Shown here: positions 1 through 12,213 of the stretch, piece after piece
Position numbering within the stretch: the stretch's first letter is position 1
Layout: each line of letters starts with the position of its first letter
DNA from: Octopus sinensis
Lineage: Eukaryota
Direction of reading: 5' to 3'
Length of the DNA stretch: 64,000 bases
Assembly (NCBI RefSeq): GCF_006345805.1
Contig: NC_043016.1
Location: 3,720,001-3,784,000, forward strand
Notes under the pieces: generated by a model
Databases searched by the model: none
Seen by the model: only the letters and a program-made list of their open reading frames with translations
Told to the model about the DNA's origin: nothing
Translations under genes and position numbers: made by a program

Positions 1-96
1 GATGATGATGATGAGGAGGAGGGGGTGATGATGATGATGATGATAATAATAATAATCAAAATGCGATCATTTTGCATTCGAACAACGTCCTGACCA

Positions 97-904
97 TCTC
101 TCTCTATATATAAACGGCAGTTTGTCTGTCTGTGTGTCTGTGTGTCTGTCAGGTTGTACCCTCACCCTGACCACGGCTTTCAACCGATTCTGATGAAACT
201 TGACACACACATAGCCCAATGTCATAATTGAAAACTAACGCAGCGAAAATTTTGAAAAGTTCCCCCAGTTCTGAAAAAAATCAATAAATTCGACATGGGT
301 CGAGAATCTAAGCTTTTTAAATGCAACACATTTTCTACAGACTGTCTAGGGAACGCAACTCGACCTTTTTAACTCTCGGAACACGTGGGCTAAGTATCCC
401 AAAATGTATAAAAATGTACAAAAACGGCAAAAAAGCAGGCAGCAATGTGAGTGACAACAACAAAAAAGTCAAAAGTGGCCAAACTGAACAAACGAATGGA
501 AAAGGTTTTTTGGTGCACACGACAAAAGCGGTTTATAAGAAACCAAGAGTTTGCAAGTAGCGTCCGAGGACCCTTAGAGTACGTCAAAAATTTAAGGTAA
601 AGCGTTTGGGGTGGTAGTTATAAAGAAAGTGTAAACAAAAAATGTATTCGAATAACTTGCGGCTGCAGCAGCTATTAGCAGAAGTGGCGGTGTTGGGGGT
701 AAAGTCTCGAATGTAATTTCTTCCTGGTAGGAATTGGTTGGGTTGAATTATCGAATGCTGTTTGATAGTTATTTGGGAGTGAAGAGAAGACATTGCAACC
801 TACACATGCGCCTTCGATCCCTAGAGGGAAAGGACTAGATTGGGATTAGTCGTTGCCTACTAGGGGCTCTTACATACCCGGGCAACACCGGGCTATGCTG
901 CTAG
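97..904 (+). mobile_element. Non-autonomous Helitron with both termini
   Basis: 5' A|TCTCTCTCTATATATAAA followed by a (CTGT/GT)n tract; 3' hairpin CCCGG-gcaaca-CCGGG (877-892), 8 nt, then CTAG|T (901-905). The last 127 bp match the 3' end of the helicase-bearing Helitron at 7678-7805. Confidence 0.82.
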
Positions 905-1229
905 TCTGTAATGAATTCTCAACAGCATGCTTTCGATATTGGAGATATCAAATTCTTCTAAAATGTTGACATTTGATACCTTATCTTGCCATTATATGTT
1001 GCAGATATTGCGCAGACAACACATGTGAAAGGCTTCGAGTTTCTTTATATGTCAGCAGTAGGGTGTTCTTGCTTCTGCTCTATACAAAAAGTGTGCTCAA
1101 TGAACAGGGCTTGTATACACTTATTTTAGTTTTTAGGCTGACACTGTGTTCATCCTACAAACGACAGGAAAGTTTTTCGAAAGCACGTGTAGCCTTAGAT
1201 ATTCTAACATTAATTTCATGAAGATAACT

Positions 1230-3300
1230 CTTAAAGTTAGCTGTATTCCAAAATATTTAAATGACATTATTCATTTGAGTGAATATTATCAATCATAGCA
1301 TTAAGATCTTGAGTATGTTCCATCCCACGCTTTGGTTGGAATAAAACTCCAGTCTTCTTAATGTTGATGATTATCTCAAATGCACGAGGTGCCACACCAA
1401 AGCTGTCAAATATTTCCTGAAATCTTTGAAAGCGCAAGAAATCAAAATGCAAACAGCAGTAAACAAAAAGCCTCGTAGAATCTCATTCCCTGGTCCTTTC
1501 TTTTGATCCGAAGCTTTACCCATTTTGTTTTTGTATACCTCCGTCTGTGCGACTCTGAAATTTTGTTTCTTCATAGTAATTCCTAAAAGCATGTTGGAAC
1601 GTTATCGAAAAGAAACATTATAGTAAAGAGTACAAGAGCGAAAATACAGGCTTGTTTAGTTCCAGTGGAACATAAAATGCCCCTGACCGTTAAACATATT
1701 ACTGTGGCCATAATTCCTTCGTGCAAAAATGCAATTACACTTATCATTTTATCAGGATGGCCAACTTTTGACAAAATTTTCCAGAGTGCCTCACGATTCA
1801 CTGTATCAAAGTCCTTGGTAAAGTTGGCAAGTTGGCAAAGTCCTTGGTCAAGTTGGCAAAGACCAAATACAAGTCACTATTTTGCTCACTTCATTTTCTC
1901 GAACTTACCTAAGGGCAAAAATCATGCCAGTTGTGCCTCTCTTAGCCCTAAAATCACATTGGAATAGATTATAAGCTGTTTACTAAATGCCTAGTGATGC
2001 TGTTAAGAATCACCATCACAAGAATTTTTCCAGCTATGTACAACGAACTTATTCCTCTGTTATTATCATATACACACTTCTTCTCATTGTTGTTGGACAA
2101 GTGCGTTATAGATGCATCTTTGAAATGTCAAGAAACAGATCCAATTCTCCAAATCAACGGATAAATTTTCGCAGCTTCTTTTACAAGCTGTCTACCACCA
2201 TGCCTGTACACGGCTATGGGCATACCGCCTTATCCAGGATATTTACCGATGGAAAATAAATTTTTCAACAGTAGTATTTATCTCTTCCAAGTTAGGATCT
2301 TCAGCAGGTTCCTCAATTAAAGGCCGCTGAAGGATTCCGTTGATTATATCAGGATTGCTAGTGGATTCTTGATTTAACATTAAGTTCAGAATTTCATTTG
2401 TGCTACTAAAGAGTTTTAACATGTCATGAGAAAAATTGGTTCCAAACCGCACTTTTCCGAACCGAATAGGGCTTTCAAAACTGTTAGTCCAAGTTGTGGG
2501 AGTTCGAAGTTAGTTGCAATACTTAGGCTTTATTTACTCGCCAAGAACTTTTCATCTCACGTAACTTTTTCCTTAGCAATTTTTTCACAGGAAATGTTTA
2601 TAGATTTGAGTGATGGTAAGTTATTGTTTGAGACCCATGCCTTGTGTCTTTTGTACGTATTTTTTTAGGAATGGTTTTGATTTGAGAATCATTCTCATCG
2701 AAACAATCTTGCTGCTTGCGTCTGGCAAGCACTTGCGTCTGGCAAGCACTTGCGTCTGGCAAGCACTTGCGTCTGGCAAGCACTTGCGTCTGGCAAGCAC
2801 TTGCGTCTGGCAAGCACTTGCGTCTGGCAAGCACTTGCGTCTGGCAAGCACTTGCGTCTGGCAAGCACTTGCGTCTGGCAAGCTCTTGCGTCTTAGAACT
2901 TTTTCAGCAAACGGTTTGATTCTGTGACAAAGGTTCGCCACAAAACATCAGGATCATTGCTTTCCTCTATATCCTTAAGACTTGAATTTAGATTTTGTGT
3001 CATGTGAGGATTTTTTAATGAAGACGTATTTATTCTCGGAGGAATTTTGGATCTTAACCGCTTCTTTGTATATGCTTTAACAAATACCAAACATGTATCA
3101 GTTTCCTGATCGAAGATGCTTCTAGGTGATTTTGTACTTATCTACCTGCTGAAATATTGTGCTTGTAATTGCTAAACCAAACTGTTGAAAAAAAAGGGGT
3201 AAAGTCCTAAACCTCTTGCATTCATCTTTTCATGTCCAAGTTTTCCTGTTCTTTTGATCTCACTGTGAGTTTTTTTTAACACTTCTGGCATTAAAGTAGC
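1230..3300 (-). mobile_element. Degenerate RTE-clade LINE (RT and upstream region, many stops and frameshifts)
   Basis: Minus-strand peptides NREALWKILSKVGHPDKMISVI..TGTKQACIFALVLF (RT), LNQESTSNPDIINGILQRPLIEEPAEDPNLEEI and RRKQQDCFDENDSQI resemble RTE/BovB ORF2 motifs. Ends are approximate. Confidence 0.78.
2715..2893. repeat. 17-bp minisatellite (CTTGCGTCTGGCAAGCA) x10.5
   Basis: Near-perfect tandem units with no spacers; each unit contains a CTTGC/GCAAG hairpin. Confidence 0.97.
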
Positions 3301-3908
3301 TCATTACCGTGCTAACATTCTTTTCTAATTTAAGTCCAAGGCCTGCAATTTTGAGGGGATGGCTATTGTTCAATACCATTGACCCAGAATCGTATCATAT
3401 GTGAGCGCAGAGTAATGTTGGGCGGAGTTGGTTTTGAGGAGATTTAAACATAGGATGTAAAGAAAACCCGGAAGGATTATAGCAAAGCATCTTATTTTCG
3501 TCGCTCAAGCGACTTAGCCATCTTGCTGACTCATGAATAATACTAATAATAAAAACTATACAAATAATATATTTTTCACCACTAATTAAGAAAATAAACA
3601 TGATCAGAGATAGACACACTAACATACACATCAAACTCTGTGTATAAGACATACACGTGTTCGTAAACAATAGACTGCCTCATCTATTGCTTTGAATCTC
3701 AAACAATTTAACATCGTCACAGTCAGTATCATAGTCATGAGGATGTCCTTAATTTATTTCAAGAGCCTTGTAACACCTGAGGTATTGTGTCGAGCTGTGC
3801 TGAAGATTTGGCGGAAATTCCACTTCAGTGTACTGCTCACCATTCCAGCTATCATGTTATATTTACATCTCTATTCTCTACTACTTTCTCTCTCTCTCTC
3901 TCCCCTCC

Positions 3909-3942
<34 letters not shown>

Positions 3943-4043
3943 TTATTTATACATATATATACATATACATACGCGATACGTTCACAGAGATACATCCATA
4001 CACACATATATGTATATGTATATATATAGTATATATATTATAT

Positions 4044-4077
<34 letters not shown>

Positions 4078-4371
4078 ATTATATATATATGATTATGGTA
4101 TATACACATATACGTGTATATATATCTGTGTATATATATATCTACATACATATATATATTGTGTGTATGTATGTATGTATGTAGTATGTATGTATATATA
4201 TATATGAAGCTGCAAAAACATCACCAAATATTACAAAAACGTCGGGAACGTGAAACTCTGAGTAACAGTTTTTTGTGATATTTTAGCAGCTCTAATGATA
4301 AAGCACACTATCTACGTCCGGTATTCGAGTACTATTTTTATCCACCTTGTTTCACATTATGTGCTTACTCC

Positions 4372-4408
<37 letters not shown>

Positions 4409-4418
4409 ATATATAATA

Positions 4419-4454
<36 letters not shown>

Positions 4455-4639
4455 TGTGTGTTGTGGTGTGTGTGTTGTGTGTGCGTGCGTGTGTGTGTGT
4501 GTTTGTGCGCGCACGCGTCTGTGTCTGTGTGTAAGTGATTCACGTGTTCTATATGTGCCGAAGATATCGCAATGTAAGAAATATAACATACATGGTTTCA
4601 AATTTTTGCACAAGGCTAGCAACTACGGGAAAGGGATAA

Positions 4640-4795
4640 GCCAATTACACTGACCCCCAATGCTCAAATGGTAAGTACTTTATCGTTTTCGAAAGTCGAC
4701 CTCGACGGAATTTCAATTCGCAAAGTACAAACGAACGATATGCCGATAAACATTTTGTCCAGCATTCTAACGATTCTGCCTGCTCGCCTCCTTAC
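4640..4795 (-). mobile_element. tRNA-derived SINE family A, degenerate
   Basis: Similar to the reverse complement of 55106-55260 (AAAGTCGACCTCGACGGAATTT; head GGCGAGCAGGCAGAATCGTTAG). Confidence 0.6.
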
Positions 4796-4940
4796 AGGGC
4801 TGTAACGCATATTAAAATTTACTATGCACAGTCCAATCAATATCTCACACAGCAGCCAATTTGTTGGGTATAGTGATTAGCTATGATTACTATATCAAAA
4901 TTTGACCATCAAGTTATGGGTGAGTGCATGTGTATATGTA

Positions 4941-4987
<47 letters not shown>

Positions 4988-5009
4988 CAAATGCTTCACT
5001 TTTTTTTTA

Positions 5010-5170
5010 TTTGTTTCAGTCATTAGACTATACCATGCTGTGGCACCGCCTCGAACATTTTAGTCGGACGATTCGACCCAGTATAGGTAGTTGTTGACGT
5101 TTCTCTTTTACAACACCGCTAAGTTATAGGAACACAAACACACCGAAACTGGTTGTCAAGCGATGCTGAG
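5010..5170 (-). mobile_element. 3' half of composite SINE family B/C
   Basis: GTTTCAGTCATT..CCATGCTG..GCACCGCC..GGTTGTCAAG, homologous to 53943-54100. Confidence 0.55.
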
Positions 5171-5219
5171 GGTCAGTCATAGACACAGGGACCAGCCCTA
5201 CTCCACATCGATATTTATT

Positions 5220-5254
<35 letters not shown>

Positions 5255-5370
5255 TACAGAACTAGACATTTGAAATTAACACCAATGTAATCGGTGAAGC
5301 TAAGCACGTGTCTGTTTTTATACGGAATACTGATGGTTAGCTTTACATATTGCATTACCTATAGAACGGC

Positions 5371-5443
5371 CACACTGACGAGCCTACGGACAATGGATTA
5401 CAAAAGTGATTCATTCGTTAATAGGTGAAACTGCCGGTCTGTG
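5371..5443 (+). ncRNA. Type I hammerhead ribozyme (candidate)
   Basis: Stem I CACA/TGTG, core CTGACGA (5375-5381), stem II GCCTA/TAGGT extended by AATGGATTAC-aaaa-GTGATTCATT, GAAA (5427-5430), minimal stem III, GTC cleavage triplet (5437-5439). Confidence 0.7.
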
Positions 5444-5605
5444 AGTATTCTGTTTTTTTTTTATTTAATTTTCATCTGTCTTACCCGCATTTCGTTCTGG
5501 TGTCCGCTGAATTTTCCTTTAGAGAACATTCCTTTCTTTGTAGTTTGATCGTAGGTGATCTACTTCTAGCATACGGCCGACCACCTAGTGGTTTTTGCCC
5601 TTCAA

Positions 5606-5659
<54 letters not shown>

Positions 5660-5919
5660 ATATATATATGAGCGGTCTCCAGTATAACCAGCCGAAACTA
5701 CAAAACTAATCTGGAACTCGACTGACGAAAGAAAACTCCGATGAGAATGATCGTCTTTTTTCATGGCCCTTTTTGTATCATCCAACGGTCTGGATATTTT
5801 GTTGCCCCTTGTTGCGTTCTTGTCTCATTTTTGTGTTCTTTTATATATATATATATATGTGTGTGCGCGCGCGTGTGTGTGTGTGTGTATTTTTGCCGAA
5901 GCGCTACCTTAAGGGGGGG

Positions 5920-6209
5920 TAACACAAAGCATCATCGGTTGTCAAGCAATAGTGGGAGGGGAGGGCAAACAATGACATACTAGCATATATATTTCTTTAC
6001 TACCCACAAGGGGCTAAACATAGAGGGGACAAACAAGGACAGACAAACGGATTAATCGATTACATCGACCCCAGTGCTTAAGGATGAAAGGCAAAGTCGA
6101 CCTCGGCGTAATTTGAAGTTATAACGTAACGGCAGACGAAATACCGCTAAGCATTTCGCCCGGCGTCCTAACGTTTCCGTTAGCTCGCCGTATATACTAG
6201 CATATACAT

Positions 6210-6273
<64 letters not shown>

Positions 6274-6458
6274 ATATATATATATATATATATATACGAC
6301 GGGCTTCTTTCAGTTTCCGTCTACCAAATCCACTCAGAAGTCTTTGGTCGGCCCGAGGCTATAGTAGAGGACACTTGCACAAAGTGCCACGCAGTGGGAC
6401 TGAACCCGGAACCATGTGGTTGCCAAGCAAGCTACTTCCCACACAGCCACTCCTGTGC
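5920..6458 (-). mobile_element. Composite SINE family B/C interrupted by a family A SINE
   Basis: tRNA-like head at 6458-6297 (GCACAGGAGTGGCTGTGTGG..GGGTTCAGTCCC), internal (TA)n(TG)n, and a partial C tail (CATCGGTTGTCAAGC) near 5925-5950. Confidence 0.8.
5990..6193 (-). mobile_element. tRNA-derived SINE family A with 13-bp TSD
   Basis: Homologous to 55106-55340; flanked by the direct repeat ATACTAGCATATA (5977-5989 and 6194-6206). Confidence 0.85.
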
Positions 6459-7118
6459 CTACACTTTATTTTATTTTATCATATCTTGATCTCTTATACT
6501 TCATTGTATTTGAATAATTGTTTAATAATTGTTTATACACTTATTGCACAGATTTTTACACTTTTATAACTGACGTCATTATAAAAGTGTTAATATAAAC
6601 CTCTGATCGCTTTTATTTCTTAACCTTATCGCCTCGCTCCTAATGCTTTGTATAATTCCTTCCTCATCACACACCATGTTTGAACCGCAATGCTAAACAG
6701 CTAATGTCAGAAAACTTTCTTGTTTGCAACCCTCGAACACTAACTTATAGCTTAGGTTATCTAATCACTTCAATTGGGTTTTCGTCAATACTTCGAAATT
6801 TATTTTCTTTTCTATAAAATACCAAACACATTCCGCGCTTCCAAAGTCTATAAAAGGGTGTTGCATTTAAAACGGTATAATTTAGCATTGGAATTGTCGG
6901 TCACTGTTGTGAGGGCCCGTTTGCCTTATAGGTAGAGCACTCAACCGGTTGCCGCCTGCTGTCAACTTTATTTTCCCATCTTATAAGGGTTAATATTTTT
7001 TTGGTGTTCTTAAAGCTTTACAGCTTTCGAATTTTATTTTATTGTTTGTAATTAACTGATTAGTTAATACGCACACACATGTGCACGCATGTACACGCAC
7101 ACAGACACACACACACAG

Positions 7119-7149
<31 letters not shown>

Positions 7150-7677
7150 TATATTATACATAAATGACAATTTCTGTCTGTCGATCTGTGTTATCATCTT
7201 GCTGCCTACACCAGTGATCCAATCTTGACGAAACTTTGCATATATTTTAAACTAATATTCAGTTCAGTTATAGGCTAATTGGGCTCAGATATGACAAAAT
7301 ATGAAGGGTGAAAAAAGTGTTCGTGCGAGGAAAATGTAGTAGCATAGTGAGTGTGACTGATATCAGGGAAGGAGAGAAAAGCGTTGTGTGACAAATATGG
7401 AGTGGGAATGGCGTGATAAATTAATACAGCTGTCATATACACGCGACGATGCATACATACTGTTGTAAATACATAGATCATGCATACACACACGCACACA
7501 CCCGTACATACACACACGCACAAATACACACACATCCGCATAGGTAACCTTTAAAATGCCGAGGTAGGGAAAGAAAAGTAGGTGTGAGGAATACGTGGCT
7601 TTAAGGAGAGAAGAGATAGGTGACTTTCCTTTTGTCTATCGCAAAGAAACACTCACACGCACACGTATATATATATA

Positions 7678-7997
7678 CTAGCAGCATAGCTCGGCGTTGC
7701 CCGGGTATGTAAGAGCCCCTAGTAGGCAACGACTAATCCCAATCTAGTCCTTTCCCTCTAGGAAACGAAGGCGCATGTGTAGGTTGCAATGTCTTCTCTT
7801 CACTCGAATACCTCTGTGTATACGATGTTCCTAGCTGTCCCTTTGGGCGAAAACATGAAAACATCATCGCACCTCCCAACGCGTGAACAGCCCACGTAGA
7901 GTTGACCGTGGGCGAAGCACTGTTCGCCCAAATGTAACCCAGCGACTTGTAGCGTTTGGCCTTGGGATTTACCCACAACCGGTAAGTATTGTGGGCC
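7678..7997 (-). mobile_element. Helitron 3' end with RepHel helicase C-terminus, cut by an assembly gap
   Basis: Peptide KSQGQTLQVAGLHLGEQCFAHGQLYVGCSRVG..NIVYTEVFE* (PIF1-like Helitron motifs), followed by hairpin CCCGG-gcaacg-CCGAG and CTAG|T. Confidence 0.87.
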
Positions 7998-8097
7998 NNN
8001 NNNNNNNNNNNNNNNNNNNNNNNNNNNNNNNNNNNNNNNNNNNNNNNNNNNNNNNNNNNNNNNNNNNNNNNNNNNNNNNNNNNNNNNNNNNNNNNNN
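7998..8097. other. Scaffold gap (100 N)
   Basis: Run of exactly 100 N. Confidence 1.
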
Positions 8098-8477
8098 CAT
8101 ATTTTATTGATAGTTGGTATTTTAATGTTAATGAATTTTCCATACAGGCAAACTGATACACACACTAACTCACGGATACTCACAGACATGCACACAGAGG
8201 CACGCCGCTCATATACATACATACATACATACCGTATCCGTCTACCAAATCCATTCTTGAGCCGAGAAACAACAGAGCCCATACTAAAGAAGACATGTAA
8301 AGTGTCACTTCTGACAACAAATAAACTTCACTTGCAGCAGATGTCAACGTTTCTATGGATCGTGTGGCGGCCATGTAGCCCACATGCGAGCTGCCAGAGA
8401 TGCTTTCTGAACAGAACAATCAACGTCGAACTGTATACACACACGCACACACACAGAAATAATTATAATTGAGGGTA

Positions 8478-8640
8478 CCGAAGAGGCACCACCATGCCAG
8501 AAAGAGCAGTCAAAACTTATTCTAAAGCAACATCAGGTATTCATGTATTCATGTTTTCATTTAGCACTGTGCTACATGAATGCATGAAGGGGTTTTAGAA
8601 TCAGTTTTGACTATTTCTGGCATGGTGGTGCCTCTTCGGT
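8478..8640. mobile_element. Fold-back MITE with about 50-bp TIRs and TA flanks
   Basis: CCGAAGAGGCACCACCATGCCAGAAA..GTCAAAACTTATTCTAAA mirrored at 8593-8640; TA on both sides; an additional inner inverted repeat TTCATGTATTCATGT/ACATGAATGCATGAA. Confidence 0.8.
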
Positions 8641-9129
8641 AGTGTCAATCATAATTATATTTATAGTATTATATATCTACAATATTTATTATATATACGG
8701 TTTTTCCATGCCGGCCACTTTATATGATCGTTATGTTTAAATAGTGGTCTTATTCTCTTTATATATGTGTGTGTGGGTAATATACATAATACACACATAC
8801 ATACAACATACATACATACATACATACATACATACATACACATACATACATACATACATACATACATACATACATTCATACATACATATATGGTGGCTGT
8901 CTGCTCCTTGCAGAACTCGGTCTCTTCTTGTACCTACAGTTGCTCTTTCCTAGCATAAGACTTTTGGACCCCAAAAATGACTTTTGAGCCCTAAAAGTCA
9001 TTTGAAGAGCAGATCCCATATACTGCAGCAGTGTCTCATTTCGCCGCTCGCTCCATTTTCTGCATGTTTATTACGCGTCTTCAAGCGCGATTGAATCCTC
9101 CACGTGACGTGCATATTTTTTGACTGATA

Positions 9130-9360
9130 TTGCATTGAAACTGATCTTCAGGAATGATATTCCAATAGATAAAGAAGAGAAAGTGTGTACAGCTACCCAG
9201 CGGATGTTAACATAAAGCTGAAGATCAGTGAAACAGAGTACACCTATGCTGAACAATTGAGAAATTTGCAATTATTCTATCCAGATAACAAGTTCAGATT
9301 TATACCTGCAATTATTGGGGCCTTGGGATATATAACACACTGCCTAGGTCTCAAAGATAT
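9130..9360 (+). pseudogene. RLE endonuclease fragment of a non-LTR retrotransposon
   Basis: YPADVNIKLKISETEYTYAEQLRNLQLFYPDNKFRFIPAIIGALGY resembles the RLE C-terminal ..PxxIGALG motif. Confidence 0.55.
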
Positions 9361-9569
9361 TTCATGTTTATAATTTTCTTGTCCAGAGTGTTAAAGGTAT
9401 CGCTTTATCATCTTGAGTTGGAATATATATCAGCTATATTTATAGTCACATTGTTGGCGGTTAACGATATACTGCTTGGATATTGTTACAAAACTTTTGT
9501 AATATCTGGATCCCATTTATAAACACCTCACACACACCTATATTGTTTAAATAGATATATGAATCACCA

Positions 9570-9646
9570 TAGTATAATATAATATAATATAATATAAGAT
9601 AATATAATATAATATAATATAATATAATATAATATAATATAATATA
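9570..9646. repeat. (AATAT)n pentanucleotide tract
   Basis: Direct reading. Confidence 0.95.
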
Positions 9647-9725
9647 GAAAAAATTACATTTTAAAATTTACATGGTAACAATTTCATATCAAGGAAACAG
9701 AAATTTTATAGTAAAATAAATTATC

Positions 9726-10094
9726 TTATATGTAAAATATAGGAATCACAATTCCACGGGGTAAAAATTTAATGCAAGACGCCAATCTCTTGAACCCACG
9801 CTGTTGGTAACTTATAAGCCAAGGTGATGAGTCAGAGCCAATACACATTTCAATTTGCGTACACCTTCTTTTCCCTTGTTTGTTAGTGTTGACAACTTTA
9901 AATGTCATATCAGATAATTTGTGTGCCCTCGTAAATGCAACATTTAGCTGACCATGGCCGAATACAGGTTCAGGCAATAACAGCCCCACTTTATTAAATA
10001 TATACTCTTGTAATTTATTAATAGTCATTGCATATGTCAGGAGAACGGGAAACTGATTTCTTTCTAAACCGAATGGCAAGTTTTGGATGCGCAT
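9726..10094 (-). pseudogene. Helitron PIF1-type helicase C-terminal fragment
   Basis: LPFGLERNQFPVLLTYAMTINKLQ..KVGLLLPEPVFGHGQLNVAFTRA matches the RxQFP..AMTINKSQG..F.HGQLYVA.SR Helitron motif. Confidence 0.87.
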
Positions 10095-11415
10095 GCTATA
10101 GGCGATAGGGGATACAAAAAACTTAGTTCAATTTTTAAAATATTACTTGTTACAATGAAATCACCATCGCCACCTCCACCATCACACTCACCACTAGCAA
10201 CACCACCATCACCACCACTACCACCACCTCCACCATCACCACCACCACCAACAACAACAACAACCACACCATCATCTCTGTTCTTTGTCGCAGTCTGTTT
10301 GTCTGTCTGTCTCTCTCTCCCTGTCTCCCCATCTCTTTCTCTCTACCTTTCTTTAATCTCACCATCAGAACATTACCCCTCTGCTAAAATTATATACCTA
10401 ACTCTCCTCTATATCACTACCATCATTTAACTTTTTAACTGCGTAATAATATTACATTCTTTTCTCTCTCCCTCTTTTTTCCTTCTTTCCCTCTAACCAC
10501 GTGAAAGCGTTACCGATGGGCTAGGCAACGTAATGACAAGCAGAATTATTAAAAGATTCCTTGGAAACAGCTAATTGATACAGTGTTCATCTGCTATTAT
10601 TCATTTGCATATGTACATATATACATAGATGCAAAACATAAATACATACATATGTGCGTGTGTGTATCTCTTTGCGTGTGTGTGTACATACGTAATATAA
10701 TACAAACATTATATATATATATGCAGAGAGAGAGAGAGAGAGAGAGTTGTGTGTCTGTGTTTATACATGCATAATATACATTGTCACACATTCTTACTAA
10801 TATATTTTCTCACATACGCACTAACAAATATACAAAGTTTGATCACAGATCATATCTCCATAAAGTATTTATATGTTTCGTGATATATAATTTGTATTCT
10901 GTTCAAATTACATGAACGTATTTAACTAGCGAACTAGAATTAAAATATTATATTATAAACTGTCTTGTCATCATTCATTGAAATATATCGCTCAATTGCT
11001 TTGACATTTGGTACAAGATCTTTTTTTTTTTCTGCATGACTTCATCCATTTTGAATTAGTCAATCTATCTATATTAGCTTTTGCCATATGAGGCTTTACA
11101 TAATAGCAAGGCAGAAATTAGGATATAAAACAAAATACATTTCTTTCCACAACGACCGGCCAAGCTGCAACTATTACCTCATCTGCATCGTCACAACCAA
11201 ACGACACAATACATATCTATCTATCTATCTGTCAATCAATCAACAACGTTTTATAATTTTCTATTCTACAAACCCGTTCTTTCTCTTATGCAGATATATA
11301 TACTACATACACATAAAAACATACATACATACATACATACAACATACTACATACATACATACACACAACACACACATATATATATATATACATACATACA
11401 TACATACTATATATC

Positions 11416-11491
<76 letters not shown>

Positions 11492-11492
11492 T

Positions 11493-11796
11493 GCACAGGA
11501 GTAGCTGTGTGGTAAGTAGCCTGCTTACAACCACATGTTTCCAGGTTCATCCCACTGCGTGGCACCTTGGGCAAGTGTCTTCTATAGCCTCGAGCCGACC
11601 AAAACCTTGTGGAGTCGATTAGGTAGACGGAAACTGAAAGAAGCCCTATATATATGTATGCATGTATATATGTGTATATGTTTGTGTATGTTCCCCCACC
11701 ACATCATTTGACAAAAGAGACCCATAGAAGTCCTGGGGTCGATTTGTTCGGCTAAAGCGTTGCTCCCACATGTCCGCACTCAAAATGACTGAAACA
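11493..11796 (+). mobile_element. Composite tRNA-derived SINE family B/C
   Basis: Head GCACAGGAGTAGCTGTGTGGTAAG..GGTTCATCCC, body CCTTGGGCAAGTGTCTT..GGTAGACGGAAACTGAAAGAAGCCC, internal TA/TG microsatellite, tail ..GACTGAAACA. Confidence 0.82.
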
Positions 11797-12213
11797 AATA
11801 ATTAAGGACAAAAGTATATATATATATATTATACACACACACATATATATGTGTGTGGTGGAGGCGCAATGACCCAGTGATTAGGGCAGCGGACTCATGG
11901 TCGGAGGATCGATATATATATAAATATATATTGTCAATAAAAAAGGTAAAAATTAATTAATTATTAATTAATTCGACCCGAGTAGTGTGCGGTGTGGTAA
12001 AACGACCATTTACGGTATATTTGAAATATTACTTTTTAAAAAATAGGTAAAGTAAAATAATTTACTTTACCACACACCGCTCTTTTGAAATAGCAGCCAA
12101 AATTTTGGCTATTTCTTCTACTGCAAGAAAAGTCTCCCAGACAATGCATACTCAGAAATAACTCACATAGGTATAAGGGAAAAACAACGAAAGATCACAT
12201 CCATATGAGATCA

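Noticed and set aside
2715-2893. CRISPR-like array of palindromic repeats
   Set aside because: There are no spacers or cas genes, the context is eukaryotic, and the unit derives from the flanking LINE sequence.
3692-4078. Host-gene exon candidates here and in the unique-looking DNA at 50.6-51.5 kb and 58.6-60.8 kb
   Set aside because: There is no recognisable protein similarity or convincing splice pattern; small exons cannot be excluded without RNA data.
5722-5760. Second CTGACGA 347 bp downstream of the hammerhead (possible retrozyme tandem repeat)
   Set aside because: There is no GAAA or stem III in register, and the flanks do not resemble the first motif.
7998-8282. Upstream part of the 160-aa ORF 7800-8282
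   Set aside because: It reads through the N gap; only the portion at 7800-7997 is Helitron helicase.
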